Shown: positions 61,559 through 64,000 of the stretch, one piece after another | How the letters are laid out: each line of letters opens with the position of its first letter | Position numbering within the stretch: position 1 is the stretch's first letter | Assembly: GCF_965641715.1 (NCBI RefSeq) | Contig: NZ_OZ282453.1 | DNA from: Escherichia coli | Lineage (GTDB): Bacteria; Pseudomonadota; Gammaproteobacteria; Enterobacterales; Enterobacteriaceae | DNA: 64,000 bases | Direction: 5' to 3' (one strand) | The notes under the pieces: model-generated | The model's database searches: none | Seen by the model: only the letters and a program-made list of their open reading frames with translations | What the model was told of the DNA's origin: nothing | Made by a program: the position numbers and the translations under genes

Positions 61559-62905
61559 ATGGCAACAATGAAAAACAAGGTGATCTGGCAGGAAGGGCTG
61601 TTTGCCCTGCCGCAGCATTTTCAGCAACAGCAGCGTCACTGCGAGTACCTGCTGACCCGTCGTCTGGATGCACTGGGTGATTTTTTCTGGGGCTTTACGG
61701 AACTCTCCATCAATACCGAACTGCTTGCTCAGGGCAAAATTATGATTGACCGTGCGGCGGGCTGCATGCCTGACGGCACCGTATTCAGTATTCCCGACCA
61801 GGATCTGCTGCCGGAACCTTTCCAGCCGGGAACCCTTTCATCGAAAGAGAGCCACAGTATTTATCTGGCGCTGCCGGTGATAAGCGACGTGATCAATGAA
61901 ATCCAGGGGTTGCACAGCGCCGGTCAGGGTACGGAGCGTTACCGCCTCACCCATACCCGCGTCCGTGATTTTCACACTGACGAAGGCGACGAACAGCCAG
62001 TCGGTCTGGGACAGTTGATCCCCAGGATAGTCAGCGGCGCAGATGATCTCAGCGCGATGGTGACTCTCCCCCTGTGCCGTATCCTCAATAAAAATGCCAC
62101 CGGCGCGCTGGTGCTGGACAACACCTTTATTCCCACCATTCAGGCCGTCCGTGTCAGCGGGTTGCTCGGGGCATTCTCCGGCGAGGTGCAGGGACTGCTT
62201 GCCACCCGCGCCGCTGACCTGGCCGGGCGCATTGGTTCGCCTGAACAGAGCGGGATCGCCGATGTAGCCGAATTTATGATGTTGCAGATGCTTAACCGCC
62301 ATCAAATGCAGTTCACGCATCGTTCCCAACTGCACACGCTGCATCCGGAAGCCTTCTACCGGGATCTGGTGGGGCTGCTGGGAGAACTGATGACCTTTAC
62401 CGAAGGTAATCGCCTGCCCTGCACCGTGGAGCCATATAATCACAGGGATCTTACCGCGACCTTCACCAGAACCGTGATCCCGGAACTGCGGCGCGCGCTC
62501 AATACCGTACTGGTGCCGCGTGCGCAGAATCTGCCGCTGTTCTTTTCAGAGGGGACCTGGATCGCCACCATCAACGATCCCACACTGTTGCAGTCCTGCA
62601 AGCTGGTACTGGCAGTGCGCGCCAGGATGCCCTACGACCAGGTACAACGCCAGTTCATCCAGCAGTCGAAAGTGGCCGCTACCGACAAAATCCGCAGCGT
62701 GGTCAGCGTGCAGGTGCCGGGTATTCCGCTGCACACGCTTACCGCTGCGCCGCGTCAGTTGCCCTGGCATGAAGGTTATGTTTACTTCGAACTGGAAAAA
62801 GGCACCCCAGCCTGGCAGGACGTGATAAAAGCGGGCGCGCTGGCGCTGCATATCTCCGGCACCTTCCCCGATCTGAACCTTCAGCTCTGGGCGATAAGGG
62901 GATAA
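61559..62905 (+). CDS. tssK: T6SS baseplate protein TssK
   Basis: 448 aa, N-terminus VIWQEGLFALPQHFQQQ. Confidence 0.85.
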   Translation: MATMKNKVIWQEGLFALPQHFQQQQRHCEYLLTRRLDALGDFFWGFTELSINTELLAQGKIMIDRAAGCMPDGTVFSIPDQDLLPEPFQPGTLSSKESHSIYLALPVISDVINEIQGLHSAGQGTERYRLTHTRVRDFHTDEGDEQPVGLGQLIPRIVSGADDLSAMVTLPLCRILNKNATGALVLDNTFIPTIQAVRVSGLLGAFSGEVQGLLATRAADLAGRIGSPEQSGIADVAEFMMLQMLNRHQMQFTHRSQLHTLHPEAFYRDLVGLLGELMTFTEGNRLPCTVEPYNHRDLTATFTRTVIPELRRALNTVLVPRAQNLPLFFSEGTWIATINDPTLLQSCKLVLAVRARMPYDQVQRQFIQQSKVAATDKIRSVVSVQVPGIPLHTLTAAPRQLPWHEGYVYFELEKGTPAWQDVIKAGALALHISGTFPDLNLQLWAIRG

Positions 62906-62909
62906 GTGA

Positions 62910-63683
62910 ATGAGCGATATCAGCGATATGGGTGAACCGTCGGTTTTTCCCATGGAGCCGGAGAGCGGAACATCAGGACGTCAGTACCGTCTCGCCCTTC
63001 GCGGCAACAGCCTGAACCCAATGATTGACGCCGCCACGCCGTTGCTCGGCATGGTGATGCGTCTGTCCACCATGAACAGCCAGGCCATGCCAGAACATCT
63101 GTTTGCCCAGGTGGTAACCGATGTCCAGGCCGTAGAACAACTACTCCAGGAACAGGGATACGAACCGGGCGTCATTGTTTCGTTCCGCTACATTCTCTGC
63201 ACGTTTATTGACGAAGCGGCGCTGGGCAACGGCTGGTCCAACAAAAACGAATGGATCAAACAGTCGCTGCTGGTTCATTTTCATAACGAAGCCTGGGGCG
63301 GCGAGAAAGTGTTTATCCTGCTCGAACGCCTTATCCGGGAGCCGATACGTTACCAGGATCTGCTGGAATTTTTATACCTTTGTTTTTCGCTCGGCTTTCG
63401 CGGGCGCTACAAGGTTGCCATTCAGCAACAGGATGAATTTGAGCGGATCTACCAGCGCCTGCACCATGCCCTGCACAAACTGCGCGGCGATGCGCCATTT
63501 CCGCTGCTTCACCAGAAGAACAACATACAGGGTGGGCGTTATCAGTTAATCCGGCGGCTGACCATCAGGCATGTAATGTGCGGAGGTCTTGTTGTGCTGG
63601 CCGTATTTTATCTGTTTTATCTGCTGCGTCTGGACAGCCAGACACAGGATATTCTGCATCAGCTCAATAAATTACTCCGATAA
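62910..63683 (+). CDS. tssL: T6SS membrane protein TssL (DotU family)
   Basis: 257 aa with C-terminal TM segment. Confidence 0.8.
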   Translation: MSDISDMGEPSVFPMEPESGTSGRQYRLALRGNSLNPMIDAATPLLGMVMRLSTMNSQAMPEHLFAQVVTDVQAVEQLLQEQGYEPGVIVSFRYILCTFIDEAALGNGWSNKNEWIKQSLLVHFHNEAWGGEKVFILLERLIREPIRYQDLLEFLYLCFSLGFRGRYKVAIQQQDEFERIYQRLHHALHKLRGDAPFPLLHQKNNIQGGRYQLIRRLTIRHVMCGGLVVLAVFYLFYLLRLDSQTQDILHQLNKLLR

Positions 63684-63692
63684 GGACATCTT

Positions 63693-64000
63693 ATGATCCA
63701 GATTGATTTAGCCACGCTGGTAAAGCGGCTTAACCCCTTTGCAAAACAGGCGCTGGAAATGGCTGCCTCGGAGTGTATGAGCCAGCAGGCCAGTGAGATC
63801 ACCGTTGCCCATGTGCTGTTACAGATGCTGGCAATCCCGCGCAACGACGTAAGGGTGATTGCCGAACGCACAGGCATCAGTGCGGAGGATTTACGCCAGG
63901 CGCTGACCGTGGAGAGTTATCCCGGCGGACGTTCCGCCGATGGCTATCCCAGCTTCTCCCCGATGCTGGTCGAATGGCTCAAGGAGTCATGGCTGCTGGC
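63693..64000 (+). CDS. clpV: T6SS ATPase ClpV (TssH), N-terminal fragment; continues past window
   Basis: hand-translated MIQIDLATLVKRLNPFAKQALEMAASECMSQQASEITVAHVLLQML (Clp N-domain). Confidence 0.7.
   Translation, partial: MIQIDLATLVKRLNPFAKQALEMAASECMSQQASEITVAHVLLQMLAIPRNDVRVIAERTGISAEDLRQALTVESYPGGRSADGYPSFSPMLVEWLKESWLL

Overview
Enterobacterial (E. coli-like) chromosome segment, in reverse orientation relative to the familiar K-12 map. Three parts: (1) positions 1-3190, a LysR regulator, an SDR oxidoreductase and a small periplasmic protein; (2) positions 3194-14838, an ~11.6 kb P4-type phage satellite integrated at the 3' end of tRNA-Thr (thrW), bounded by 18-bp direct repeats and carrying int, alpA, an alpha-like primase/helicase, sid, psu and delta plus AT-rich cargo; (3) conserved backbone proA-proB-phoE-crl-frsA-gpt-pepD-prfH'-yafP-yafN-dinB-lafU'/lfhA'-yafL-dinJ-yafQ'-yafK-yafJ-gmhA-fadE-ivy-yafV, followed from ~36.3 kb by a type VI secretion island (core genes tssB to clpV on +, hcp and an array of vgrG/PAAR/adaptor/effector/immunity cassettes on -, ending in an ISAs1-scarred segment next to yafV). 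The best candidate for a discrete accessory system is the two-gene cargo in the satellite hotspot (3392-5696): a DprA-like protein plus a PRTase-domain protein, consistent with a Shosha-type anti-phage module. Two uncharacterised T6SS effector/immunity candidates (43083-44728 and 47528-50176) and a 274-aa orphan gene coupled to the integrase are also worth follow-up. All calls rest on reading the supplied ORF translations and the nucleotide sequence; no database search was run, and family names are from recalled motifs.
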